Of a DNA stretch of 64,000 nucleotides, positions 28,001 through 38,491 are shown one piece after another. The notes below the pieces were generated by a model. It worked only from the letters and a program-made list of their open reading frames with translations. It made no database searches and was not told where the DNA came from. Position 1 is the first letter of the stretch, and the number at the start of each line of letters is the position of its first letter. The position numbers were made by a program, and so were the translations under genes. The stretch comes from Dimorphilus gyrociliatus (lineage: Eukaryota; Animalia; Annelida): assembly GCA_904063045.1 (NCBI GenBank), contig CAJFCJ010000019.1:2185700-2249699 (forward strand), read 5' to 3'.

Positions 28001-29972
28001 GAAGTCACCAGCTAGCTTACCTTTTAGAGTACCAGAATTTTGGTTTGAAACAATTTGCCATCGATTAAGAAATACCGTTGTCATAGTCGCAGCAACTCAT
28101 ACTGATCTATGTAGCTCAGATACTGTTCAAACTAGGGTTAATCTAATAAAAGATAGATTAACAACAATAGAACGAACGTTTACCGAACACTTAGAATTCA
28201 TAAAGAGAACCCTATTGGCTGATAGTGCTCATGACAAAGTTAATAGGCTTCATTTAGAGAGAATTAACAATATCTTAACTAGGGGCCCCGTTTTGAGCGA
28301 AATTATACCCCTGAGTTTAAAAACGTTCGACGGTATCGACACTTTGAAAAGACACTTGGTAAACACTCTAAAAAAGATTCGACCCCTTGCTAAACCGTCT
28401 CATTTTGAAGATTGGCTATTAAACAGTCCGATTCCTTGGATAAATAGAGAAGATTTATATAGGCAGGCAGCCAGATTTCATATAAAAAAATTGGATTTGG
28501 ACAAAATTCTCGAAAATATGCGCCAAGCTGGTGCCATCTTGAATTATGTTGATGAATCTTCAAATTTCATATTTACTAATCCGAATCTTTTATTAACTGT
28601 CTTCTCTTTGAGTAGTTTATCCTCTACTATTCTAACTGAGAAACAATTAAGGGATATATGGAGGGAGTATCACGGTATACGTGATGACAATGTATGGTCT
28701 GAAATTTTGCATTTACTTCAAAAATTCGACCTCTGTTATGAACTGATCTCAAAGACTGAAAGAGAATTTTGCTTCCCTTCTTTACACTCAGATTTCCCTC
28801 CTAATTCTTCTTTAGTTATTTGGCCAATTGTACTAGGAGATCCCGACTGGGTAGAATATTCTATGCTGTTGGAATTTCCGTCTACACAGGCACCGCCTAG
28901 TGGACTAATAGAAAGAATTAACGTTCGTTTACAATATTTTCTTGATCATAGAATTGATTGGAGAAACGGCTTTGTTGCTTTTGCGAATTCAGGAAAGGAT
29001 ATCAGTAAAGTTTGTTCGTATACTCGAAGGCATCAATGTAGATCTGCTATAAGATTCGCGGTAAGGTTGCGCAAGGATCGTCGACAGATGGCACATCACT
29101 TATTCCAAGTGTACGCAGCTACAGCTGATAAACTAATCGAATCATTCTATCCAGGAGTCATCTACATATGGCTAATGGAGTGCTCCCACTGTCTGAACAA
29201 AACACGAGATAGACCAGTCATTCCAACGGCATTTAAAACCGATAGACATTTAACAGCTAAAAGTGACATAGTGGAATGTTCGGGTATGCTAATTCCCAGT
29301 TCAGCCGCCTTTCCTCCTGAATTTAATGGTCCCAAATACGGTTTTTTAAATGAGAACGCTCGAAGCGCTTTAATATCATATCATTCAAATTTAATACGTT
29401 CAATTTCATCTTTGAACTTGATGAATTATCTACTTAAGAATGCTGCAATTACTGTAAAAGAAGCCGATGATATTTTAAAACAGAACGAGGAATCAGACCG
29501 TAACGAGTTACTCTTATCACATATATTTCAAAGGGGGGAGCCGCTATTTAGCTACCTCGTAGATCAGCTACGTCAGAACAAGAGAACCGAAAATTTAGCA
29601 AAATCTATAGAGTGTCATATCAATGATTTGGAATCACGAAGTAAACAATTATTACAACTTAAACAATTGGATCAAGGTAGAAATTATTCACTGCCAAGAT
29701 GCAAAAGTAACAACTACGAACAAGCTTTTTCGAATAGATCCCTTGGTCTTTCTCACTATATTCATATCATTCCAGATTCTGTACCTAACGGAGATAATTA
29801 TATCATAATGGCTGGGGAAAAATACAGGGAAAACTACAGGGATAGTTTCATATGTGCACCTCATAATGAGAAGAGAAGGAGGCGAACCCAAAGTGCTCCT
29901 TCTAATGGTTCAGCTAGAAATCGTTTGTTGTTGAATTTTCATAAAACTGACAGTGAAACATTTGATTGTTGA
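25053..29972 (+). CDS. Intronless Roco-family GTPase: N-terminal TM anchor, about 870-aa acidic low-complexity region, MFHAS1-like Roc-COR, C-terminal CARD-like death fold
   Basis: P-loop GPSSVGKT (27783-27806), TIGIEV, YDFGG and ATHTDLC, plus a CSHC and ...AFPP tail recalling MFHAS1. Six-helix CARD-like segment LISYHSNLIRSI...LLSHIFQRGEPLFSYLVDQL at about 29352-29610. Confidence 0.8.
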   Translation: MLDVGIYLGMFGLLVAYLKIAYEAEVLRKRCHLLEEDIEDERSKDKPLPNNETQQVSSNEKEDEKIIDSAEKIDNNNGQVDAKSEDNPQDVLKKDDEGIFDEEQREEYSYDEEDSSTNSVYEDLNSDEEVPSTNSSRSKQIIRNIGRTIAEEKEEEMHNNSSSSDEFEYEPMLSDITEVSEPESEVEIINSMLKDEKSLAYLVKTRSLSEPVDVYRWSDSDLSDEDSSTPERQCLQLPHVLTSPTDEIEEFEFNDSVHQKISNDSLNDTITPSKPINNQSSESKLEDKTIISSIKYETINDNIPSLSSVKESAKSSNVDQLQIKEEVDEEKIVPSMKEVRNVLRSILLKQTKPTSYLTETPVKNKIVRFEHADPNEFENDDCTISEDDWSNSSVSSFDRLKLKVLDSHDAPIATIDSDLDFDDDNDENESPLINSPRSVDEEIFSQKVTTKGQLIDEDFTLKPNLDSDTKINEVVYNNVSQLELANHNLEERPVSSCDIALEKSSVDDRKVEITETKVIDSDDKIVSRSSSEEFVHEFEEEVRFEYTIISTRNGENIDSKEPEKLSEREETSNILSSDFAIETFNWEDDEPFKRRDLRSKLTTSTPSDDTIQEEQQNIDKVHERKEEHVIDSPRDVKEIKIKETAICEKEDNRNEIDIDQRLEMSDNMNEVKTNKMEKIALPIIKSKPLYGPIQTIVPSSFYNENILSAKVEPAEENLPNHLENNLKGELRTKPQEESILLHTSTLSGTNIDGESENENNSSINTSTSSTGLESSKSKEKFLETNIDEILMDPIETNIDSDLDEKFTRNNLSNYLKPDLTNAGNYSRSCTNSLSRSSLGKEEMTNNFSFDSKTNSSFTEPLETDIDAVLEMDNVVSVSRTPNLSFRNSLITKSESEEDESFIRRTKLIALGPSSVGKTRLLNALRSTTIDFDTPTIGIEVRRQYLDEINELWTYDFGGNEAFQFVQQMFLTEYSVCLLVVDISKSPASLPFRVPEFWFETICHRLRNTVVIVAATHTDLCSSDTVQTRVNLIKDRLTTIERTFTEHLEFIKRTLLADSAHDKVNRLHLERINNILTRGPVLSEIIPLSLKTFDGIDTLKRHLVNTLKKIRPLAKPSHFEDWLLNSPIPWINREDLYRQAARFHIKKLDLDKILENMRQAGAILNYVDESSNFIFTNPNLLLTVFSLSSLSSTILTEKQLRDIWREYHGIRDDNVWSEILHLLQKFDLCYELISKTEREFCFPSLHSDFPPNSSLVIWPIVLGDPDWVEYSMLLEFPSTQAPPSGLIERINVRLQYFLDHRIDWRNGFVAFANSGKDISKVCSYTRRHQCRSAIRFAVRLRKDRRQMAHHLFQVYAATADKLIESFYPGVIYIWLMECSHCLNKTRDRPVIPTAFKTDRHLTAKSDIVECSGMLIPSSAAFPPEFNGPKYGFLNENARSALISYHSNLIRSISSLNLMNYLLKNAAITVKEADDILKQNEESDRNELLLSHIFQRGEPLFSYLVDQLRQNKRTENLAKSIECHINDLESRSKQLLQLKQLDQGRNYSLPRCKSNNYEQAFSNRSLGLSHYIHIIPDSVPNGDNYIIMAGEKYRENYRDSFICAPHNEKRRRRTQSAPSNGSARNRLLLNFHKTDSETFDC

Positions 29973-30364
29973 TTTATAATTGTTAAGGTTTTTGCCTTAA
30001 AATTTTACTTTTATTTTTAACAAATGAATAATGGTAATAAAATTTTATTTTACTTAATAAAAATTCTATATTCACATCAATTAACACCCAAAAAAAACTC
30101 TTTATTGTTTTTCTTATAGTGTTTATGTTTTTTTTCTACATCTTCAAAGAGAAAATAACTTTTTAGAAAGGCACGGAAAACGATGTTTATACTAAATTGA
30201 ACAGTGACATCTAGTAGCGATCTATAAACCAGTTTTCCAATTATCGGTTTGTCGTTTATGAGCGATAATAAATGTTAGCGTGAAATTTGATATAACAAGA
30301 ACATAAATCTTGCAAAAAAAGGAGTATTATAGCATATATATTTTTTTATTATTAGCAATATACC

Positions 30365-32041
30365 ATGAATAATGTAGATGGTACTGATTTACCTATAGAG
30401 GATGCTATTTGGAATGTTCAATTAGTGGATTATGTTGGTAATTAGAATTTGATACATATTTCTAATTGAATGATTTTACTTTAATGACTTTATTTTCCCA
30501 TAGACGAAAACGATTTAACATTAAAAAGTGCCGAAGTAATTGATATACGATCTAACAGTCTCTTAGGAGGTTCAACCTTGCCTTATGAAAAACGATTGGA
30601 TGAAGAGATCAAAGACATCATAAAAGAAACCGCCCTTAAGCCTATCGTAGGACCTCCGAGGTTACCAACCAGTATCCTGTGCAACGATTGCGACCTGTAA
30701 TAAGATTTATTAGTAGAATATTTTGGTAGCTGAACGTTTATTTTAATAAAAAGAGACTATAGTAAGAATTATATTCCCAAACCAAAAGGTCGGATATATG
30801 GAAGAACAACGCATCTAAAATTCGTTACTCTAAGAAAGTTTGTTCGTTGTGTCCGAGGTCAGCTTCAAAAGACTTATTTACGTGCTGGTGAATATATTTA
30901 CATACATATCCTTCTATTTATTCATTACAATAATAAAACTATAGCGAAAATTGTGAATCGACGTTCTATTGCTGGTCTAGAACGTGCAATAGCAATAATG
31001 ATGTTACGCACCAACAGTTTTGTTCCATAATTAAAGAGGCAAAAGCCATGGAAACCGAATTAGCATTTGGCTTGGAATTAAGATACGAAGAAGATATTTT
31101 ACATAACGACAAACAAATTATTAAAGATATTGAACAGTTTGTGCAAAGTAATAAAGAGCATAAATCATTCTATATAGGTTGATATATAGGAATTTTCATT
31201 TTTTCAATTTCCAGTGAAGCATATAATTGATAATCCTATAAATAATTGGAAAGATTACACTACACAAAGGAATTTATCCACGGATAAGATGGAGTATACC
31301 ACGCTGTTAACATATCCTTTAACGCTGTATTCTATTATTAAAAAATCTTTTAGCAAAGGTTATTTAATTAGATTTTAATGAGGTTTTTTAAAAATCATAA
31401 AAAAAGTACTTTTTCTTTCTAAAAGTAGAAGATTTATGCGTTGCCATAGTGGGCGCTGAAATTGAATCAAACTTCTCATTCATCTTCCGAGTACGCGATT
31501 ATTCTTTACAAATAATTATATTATAAAATTTATTTTAATAGAATTTATTTTGTATAGGAACTTTGTAATTTATTACCCAATTGTCGTCTAGTTCTACATA
31601 TGATTGGACCGAATATCAAGCGAAAGCAGGATGAGAACTATGATAATTTAAAGATGAAATTTGAAAAGAAGACCCTATTCCATCAAATTGAAGACATTGA
31701 TATTCAATTTGATTTTATTATATGCTTCAATTCTGGATTTGTAGCTTATCGTAGTTGGATTAAAACAATTGAAAAGTTTATGGTAATATTATATAATTTA
31801 TATCCTTAAAATGTTGTTTTTTTTTTTTACATTTACTTGGAAACAGATGATGAAAATTCCAGTTTTTACTACAGAACGCTGTTATTTAACTCTTTCTATG
31901 TTTGATAAAGCTAAGGAGAATAGGGATGTACGTTTAACTAATTTCTCAATTAACCCATTTAGATCTGTTGTTAAAAAATCATGTCAACAATACGATCTTT
32001 CGTGGTTATCTAACTCGTTTATATGTAAACTTGAATTTTAA
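30365..32041 (+). CDS. MYND zinc finger + MSS51-type C-terminal domain protein (MSS51/ZMYND15-like), about 397 aa, 8 exons
   Basis: Exons 30365-30437, 30504-30671, 30767-30887, 30945-31147, 31215-31358, 31426-31490, 31558-31782, 31847-32041; intron 2 boundaries are uncertain. Motifs CSLC..CENC..FYC..C..H..C, LLTYPLTLY, IVGAEIE, LHMIGP, FNSGF, NPFRS. Confidence 0.75.
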
Positions 32042-32169
32042 TAATGTTTTTATTTGTTTTATTTATTCATTTACATATTCTGAATTACAGTTAATATTTT
32101 AGATAAGAACTATCATCTTTCGCTTGGTTTTTTTTTCTTTCTTTTTGTCTTTTTAAAAAAGGTATCTAA

Positions 32170-35167
32170 TCACTTGATAAGTTTCTTATGGCTGGATTCG
32201 TGTACGGATAGAGTTCTAGCTTGACAAAAGCTTCTATCGCAGAAAGCGCATTTGAAAGGTTTCTCCTTTGAATGGGTGAACCTGGAGGAAATGAGTATCA
32301 TAAATATGCTGAAGGAGAAATTATACCTAGATTGTTCGGCGACTAATAAAATAAAAAGCCCCGTGTTTTAACACTGGTTCAAGTTGACCATGAGCCTTTT
32401 TTTTAATTTAGCTAAATGGTGTAAAATAAAGCTGTGTGGTACCTATGATCCCGTAGGTGGTCCTTTCTTCGAAAAGCTTTACCGCATTGTTCACAGGTAA
32501 ATGGTCTTTCATTTGTATGAGTCCTTTCGTGGATTAGTAGATTATAAGATTTTGTAAAGATTCTCGAGCAGTATCGGCATACGTAAGATTTCTTCTTAGA
32601 CGATTGTAGACTTGGAGCGGGTAGTGTCGTCGTAACATCAACCTCCTCGTCACTGTCAGTTCTCTCATCGTCTGACCTACTTACTGCGGACTTTGCTAAA
32701 TTGGCAAAGTCAAATCGTTTCTTTTTTGGTTTAATACGAGTTTCTTCGATAGCTGAGAGAAGAACTTCGGCAACGCTTGGTTGTAGTTGAGATTGCCTAC
32801 AAACTAATTGTAAATCCAGATGATCAAATGTTCCAGTGGCTTCCGATTCAATTACGGCAGCTTCTTTAACGTTTACTGGTGTAACCTTCAAGTATGGATT
32901 ATGACGAAGTGTAAGGCACTTTTTAGATAGGCATAACAGCTTCCTCTTTCTTCCTGTAAAATTTATATAAATCATTTTGAGAAAAAAGCGTAAGAAGGAT
33001 AAATCTGTCAATAAGCATTGAATATAAAATCCCCGCCTAATGCAGGCATCTCATAAAACATTATATCAGCAACATTCCAAACATCGTTCAACGACGCTTA
33101 AGAGATTGAAAAAATGTAGGTCATTTTATAACACCTCGCTATCATCATCCTATTCGTTAGTTTCAACTATTTTGGAAAATCTATTAAAAACATTACGCCT
33201 TTGGCATTAATGGCAAATAAAAAAGGATATACGTTGGACGCTTTTTAACGGTTCGCTTCCACAGATCCTGCCTTTGTCAGTTCTATAAATTATAATGTAA
33301 CATTTTATAAACAACAAAACTGCATATGGAAAACAGGGCAATAACGATATCTCGGAATAAATCAAGCAAAGCTGTCTTGTTTTTTAATCCTTTTGAGGGT
33401 AATTTATTTGATATGAAAAAAAAAGGGAGAAAGAGTCGAAAGAAGAGAAGAAAGAAGGTATCAAATACTATTTTTATATATTTATGCGTAAATAATTTTA
33501 TACGAAAGAGCTGACGCTCTCATTTTGCCGCCCTTCTAAAATGGGACAACGACGCGCGCGCATGTATTTTGGATCTGTTTATAGCACCTGAGACTACTAC
33601 CTATTTATTACTTATATATTTATATGTAAGAAAGGGTAAGAAAGAGACTAAAACATGTCACTCTTTGTTCGGTTAGGATAAAAACAATACACATTTTAAA
33701 ACCAATAAGTTTTCTACTTTTTTCCAACCAAGATGTAAAAAAACAGGAACAAACACCAAACACTAAAAACTTAACAACATAGTTACCAACAACATTCCTT
33801 AATCAGATTATACCATAGAAAAGAAAGTTAATCTATATATTATATGCAAATTAGCTAACTTTAATTGGATAAAAACATGTCTTCGTATAAAAGTTATGTA
33901 TTCTATATAAATTAATGAAAAATATTGTTACTATAGTATAAAACCTTTTACTATTTTCATTAGTTACATATATAAACTCCTTTTTTTTGTTACGTAGTCT
34001 AAAAGTTATCCTTTTAGGGCTATAAATACTTAAATAAATAAAACTACATACGAGTATATATTGTATATAGTATTTGTATAAACAAACAATATATACGCCT
34101 AAAGTTACGCACTAAATAATACTGTAGTATGACAAACTGGTTTCTTTCTTTTTAACTTTAATTAGAAAAGTTTGTTATTATTTTTGTTTAGAATTCAATA
34201 AAAACACAACTTCTCTGTAGTTTTACTTTTTAAAGTGTGGAATACATGGAAAATGGATTTTTACTATTCTTTTATAGGCCTTTGTACTCGGTTTTTGACG
34301 CCTTCGTCACTTCAAACGATTCTACTAGGTCGTTGAAAATTTTGTCGGTTAAGGGTTAAAAATACTATAAATGTTTCAAAATGGGTTTAAATTTTATTTT
34401 ATAATATACTTTATACATTTTATTGACCCCTTTTCTATTTATATTGAATACTTTGATAAAATAAGCACGGCTAACTGTTCAAAGCGGTTAATTATCAAAG
34501 AAAGCCGCATATTTTGACAAGGATCTTTTATAGCCTTATCCGATATATTTTTATGATTGTTTCGTAATTTTAGTTGTATTACACAACCTTACGTTCCTTT
34601 TAAAATTTCCGAAACAATGTAACGACCAATTTTCTAAGATGACAAATTAAAATATTACTAATTATTCATTTAATAGTTTTGAATGGACGAGAAAAAGCGA
34701 ACAACGCAACTTCCTATCTTAAAATAAAACAGAATGCAACATCCGTAGAAAATTTTTAGGTGTCAGGCGTCGATTGACGAGAAGCGGGGGAGACTTTGGA
34801 AATGGGACGTCAGGGGAAAATTTATAGTTGTTCTAGATTTGCCAAAAGATACAAGGGGAACACAAAATGTTTCTTAATCTAGAATTATTCTACTTTTGGT
34901 CCAATTGACAACAGATGTAGATTTTGATGCTAAACTTGATTTTATATATTTATTGTATGTTGATCAGACACTTTACATCCAATCACACTATAGTGAAAAT
35001 ATCCCTAAAACCTCATTTATTTTTATTAATCTTCAATGTATAAGATTAATAAAAAGATAACAAAATGAGAAGTAAACATAGTGGAGAAATAAACTAAGTA
35101 GTTTTAGTATACAATAAACTATACCTGATGTCTCAGCTGGTAGGTCGATGGCGCACGGCTCGAGCAT
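32170..35167 (-). CDS. osr: Odd-skipped-related C2H2 transcription factor, 221 aa, three fingers, 3 exons
   Basis: Exons 35167-35125, 32953-32443, 32281-32170. RFDFANLA motif and fingers [37 protein letters not shown]...FCQARTL are diagnostic of Odd/Osr. Confidence 0.92.
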
Positions 35168-35438
35168 GGCGTTCGAATGAAAAAAAAGGCGGGCGCTACG
35201 CAGGATCCGAATGGAAATGAGGCTGTGACGTCAGAAGTTGTAACGCGCGCGCGTTTTGCATGCATGCTGGTCCAGGTTGATTATGCTCAATGGCAATTTG
35301 TCAAACTAATAGCTTTTCTCAAACATATAACAAGCAGAAAGTTATTTTTGGTTTCGTAACGTAAACGAAAGCAAAAAATGTGTTTTACATTTATTCTGTC
35401 AAAGCGCTTGGTAGAATATATATATGTGTATAGAATAT

Positions 35439-35446
<8 letters not shown>

Positions 35447-35493
<47 letters not shown>
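35447..35493. repeat. (TA)n microsatellite upstream of osr
   Basis: Perfect dinucleotide run of about 23 units. Confidence 0.95.
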
Positions 35494-35496
<3 letters not shown>

Positions 35497-35719
35497 TATA
35501 GGCTGTTTGAGGAAAAAGAGAACCGTTCTACAAAATAGTAACAACAAGGATAAAGTAATTGTGGCTGCCTCTTTTTTTTTCGCATTTAGCTTTTTATTTT
35601 TTTTACCTTAATTCAATCTGTACGCCCAATCGGCTTTTTAAGCGTGAGCAGTTTGCTTATTATATGCGTATACATAAACGGTATATTTCAAACATTCCCT
35701 GTTGTTTATATCGAATAAC

Positions 35720-35875
35720 AGCCGCTCGGTGACCTTAAAAGGGTCAGTTCGGGCGATCGGCCTCAAAAAATATCATCGAACGCCTTTCCCTCTAGCTCCC
35801 TAAGGCGATTTTAAGTTGCTTTGCGCGGACCATTTTTCGTCGTGTTTCTTATTTGCAGGTCCGCGCGAAAGCTTA
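35720..35875 (-). ncRNA. Candidate structured non-coding RNA (three hairpins plus Sm-like ATTTTTTG); identity unknown
   Basis: GC-rich island in AT-rich intergenic DNA with three visible inverted repeats. It lacks the hallmark motifs I recall for U1, U2, U4, U5, U11 and U12. Confidence 0.3.
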
Positions 35876-36090
35876 GACCACACAAGATGATTATTGTTCA
35901 ACACCTGATAACAAAATCTATTTTGTTTTTATTCTTTTTTTTTTAAGTTATTTTAAAATCAAAAGAATTTCGATCTTGTTTTTTTTTATATATTCATTAT
36001 TTCTTTTTTATAAGTTTATTCTTTTTATTGCTATTTCCTTTAATATTTTACGACTGCGGCGTCTAATGATTTTTGTTCTCTAGATTGTTT

Positions 36091-37146
36091 TTATAGCTTC
36101 AATTCACCGGGCATTTCGGTCCCTTTTAAGCCCGAAAGAAGATTTTCGGCAGCGAGTAACGCCATCTGCGTCCTAGTTTCAATAGTTGCACTCCCAATAT
36201 GCGGTAAAACAATGCAATTATTCAGTTGTAATAATTCGCTATCAGTAGGCAAGGGTTCAGGTGTAGTGACATCTAAACCAGCAGCTCTAATCTTTCCCGA
36301 TCGTAGGGCGTCTATTAAATCGTTCTGCTCGACAACCTCGCCTCGAGAAGTATTTATCAGAATACTGTTTTTTTTCATTTGATTAAAAGCGTTATTGTTG
36401 AAAATTCCAGTCGAATCAGCTGTCAGAGAACAAGTGACCAACAAGAAATCGCTCTTTTCCAAGAGTTCACTGAATTCCACATATCTTGACCCAAGTTCAT
36501 TGTCAATTTCTGGTTTTGAACCGCTTGCTGTGCTATAAATAATCTCTTTAACCCCAAAAGGTTTTAGTCTACGAGCTGTTGCGATACCAATTCTTCCAAA
36601 ACCGTAAATTCCCACAGTTGAGCCTTTTAAAGAAGTTCCGCACATCCACAGCGGACTCCAAGTTCCCCATTTCCCGTCTTTAACAGCGGCAACAGCTTCT
36701 GTTATTCGCCTACAAACGGTTAACAACAAGGTTACCGTTAAATCAGCAGTAGTTTCTGTTAGAACATCGGGTGTATAGCCAACACGAATATTTTGTTCTT
36801 TACATGTTTGCAAATCGATATGATTGAAACCCACTGACATGGTACTAATAACTTTCAAGTTCGGTCCAGCGGCCCCGATTACTTCCTTATCAATCTTATC
36901 TGTTAACAGGCAATACAGACCATGTATTCCCTTGACGTTTTGTAATAATTCGTTTCGGGGTACTGTTGATTCCGCCTCTTTCCATTGAGCGATAATACAT
37001 TCATCTTTTAATTTTTCTAATGCTTCAGACGGAATCTGCCTAGTTATATATATTTTAGATTTACCATCGATTGACATATTTCTTCGTAGTCTAATTGTGT
37101 TTAATATTGAGTTGTGTCGTCGAAGAAAACTTGAAAAACTTGTCAT
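36091..37146 (-). CDS. GRHPR: Glyoxylate/hydroxypyruvate reductase (intronless); second in-frame ATG at 37077
   Basis: KIYITRQIP, GPNLKVISTMSVGFNHIDL, VGYTPDVLTETTADL, GIYGFGRIG, INTSRGEVV, GLDVTTPEPLP, LPHIGSAT. Confidence 0.95.
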   Translation of the reverse strand: MTSFSSFLRRHNSILNTIRLRRNMSIDGKSKIYITRQIPSEALEKLKDECIIAQWKEAESTVPRNELLQNVKGIHGLYCLLTDKIDKEVIGAAGPNLKVISTMSVGFNHIDLQTCKEQNIRVGYTPDVLTETTADLTVTLLLTVCRRITEAVAAVKDGKWGTWSPLWMCGTSLKGSTVGIYGFGRIGIATARRLKPFGVKEIIYSTASGSKPEIDNELGSRYVEFSELLEKSDFLLVTCSLTADSTGIFNNNAFNQMKKNSILINTSRGEVVEQNDLIDALRSGKIRAAGLDVTTPEPLPTDSELLQLNNCIVLPHIGSATIETRTQMALLAAENLLSGLKGTEMPGELKL

Positions 37147-37193
37147 TAATCAGCTAAAAAATTGTTCAACTGGGGAAAAATTCTAATTTATCA

Positions 37194-37207
37194 GCACCAG
37201 ATGGTGC
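37194..37207 (+). promoter_or_regulatory. CTCF-like motif GCACCAGATGGTGC upstream of GRHPR
   Basis: Close to the CCASYAGRKGGCRS consensus; 48 bp from the GRHPR upstream ATG. Confidence 0.45.
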
Positions 37208-38458
37208 CTCTATACTTTTAATTATCGTTCATTTATGAAAAAGAAACTGTTACTTTCTTAATGCTGTTATTTATACAAAAGTACCTAAGTTCCTAATTTC
37301 GTAGAGTATATGACATGCTTGTTCGAGAAGAAAGAATTCGTGGAAATATTGCATAACGCCTTCCTTATTAGACTACCGGCTCTATTCCGAAAAGAATAGT
37401 CATGTAGAATAGAATAATATTGCGTTATTTGCATACAACACTCTCTTCAGCAGGCTTTTTAAATATTTTCGTTCGACGAGTAATTGACCGTGTTCTTTTA
37501 ACGATAAGGAAAAAGACCTTATCGAAAACGATAAAGAAAAAAGTTTGCCTGGCAGTTGTGGTAACTTTTCGTAGATTTCATGAAAGATTAGGGTAAAACT
37601 AAGGGAACAGAAGGTAAAATTTTAATGATAAAGCAAATAGGTTAACGAAGGTGACAAAATAAGGTCATATCTTTCAATTGATTGTTGACGTTTGTTAGTG
37701 AAAGATTCTTTTGATTCGATTTAAGAACATTTCTTTTTAAAAAATGACTTAATTTTTCACATTTCACCGTTGAGAATTGACGTAAAAGACATTAAGAATT
37801 TTTTAGGGGTCATTTAGTTCGCATAAATCTCTCCATAGTGATAAATAAGTGGCCACTATACCCTACCCCTTAATAAGTACTCACTAGTAATGTTCATAAA
37901 AGGAGAATGTTTTCACTTTCGTGTAGTGTTTCCGAACTGGGGAATATATTTTCCTTCATTCTACTTAAGCATTCTCTTTAGCATTAAAGCTTCAATTAAT
38001 TAAAAATAACAACTTTCCTCGTATACGAGGCAATGTCTAACTTTGTTTTTTACGTTATCACTTAAAAAATACGATAAAAACAAATAACGTTACGCTAAAA
38101 AAACGGTTACAAGAATATTTCTTTAAGTAGAGCTGCTCTCTTCTCTCATTTCAAACGCTTTTTTTTTTGTTTAAAAATATCGTGTATAGGATTACTTAAT
38201 AGTTACGTAAGAGTTAAAAGTAACAGATTTCTTGTTTAAAATCGTTAACGAGGCAACTTTAAAAGAATAAATAATTTATTATAAACAAAGATAATAATTT
38301 CGATCTAAAGGGAGGGGAAAAAACTCTAGATTACTATTTTTAACCTACTTAAACGTTTAATTAGACGCAACGCTAAATTTTTTTTAGCTTATTCTTTCTT
38401 TCTTTCGATAATCGAAATGCACTAAGATTTTTTACCTTGCCCTCCTCCCCTCCCCACA

Positions 38459-38486
<28 letters not shown>
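38459..38486. repeat. (CT)n microsatellite
   Basis: Perfect dinucleotide run. Confidence 0.9.

Positions 38487-38491
<5 letters not shown>

Noticed and set aside
35287-35611. ORFs with YIYIYI runs on both strands
   Set aside because: Translation of the (TA)n microsatellite.
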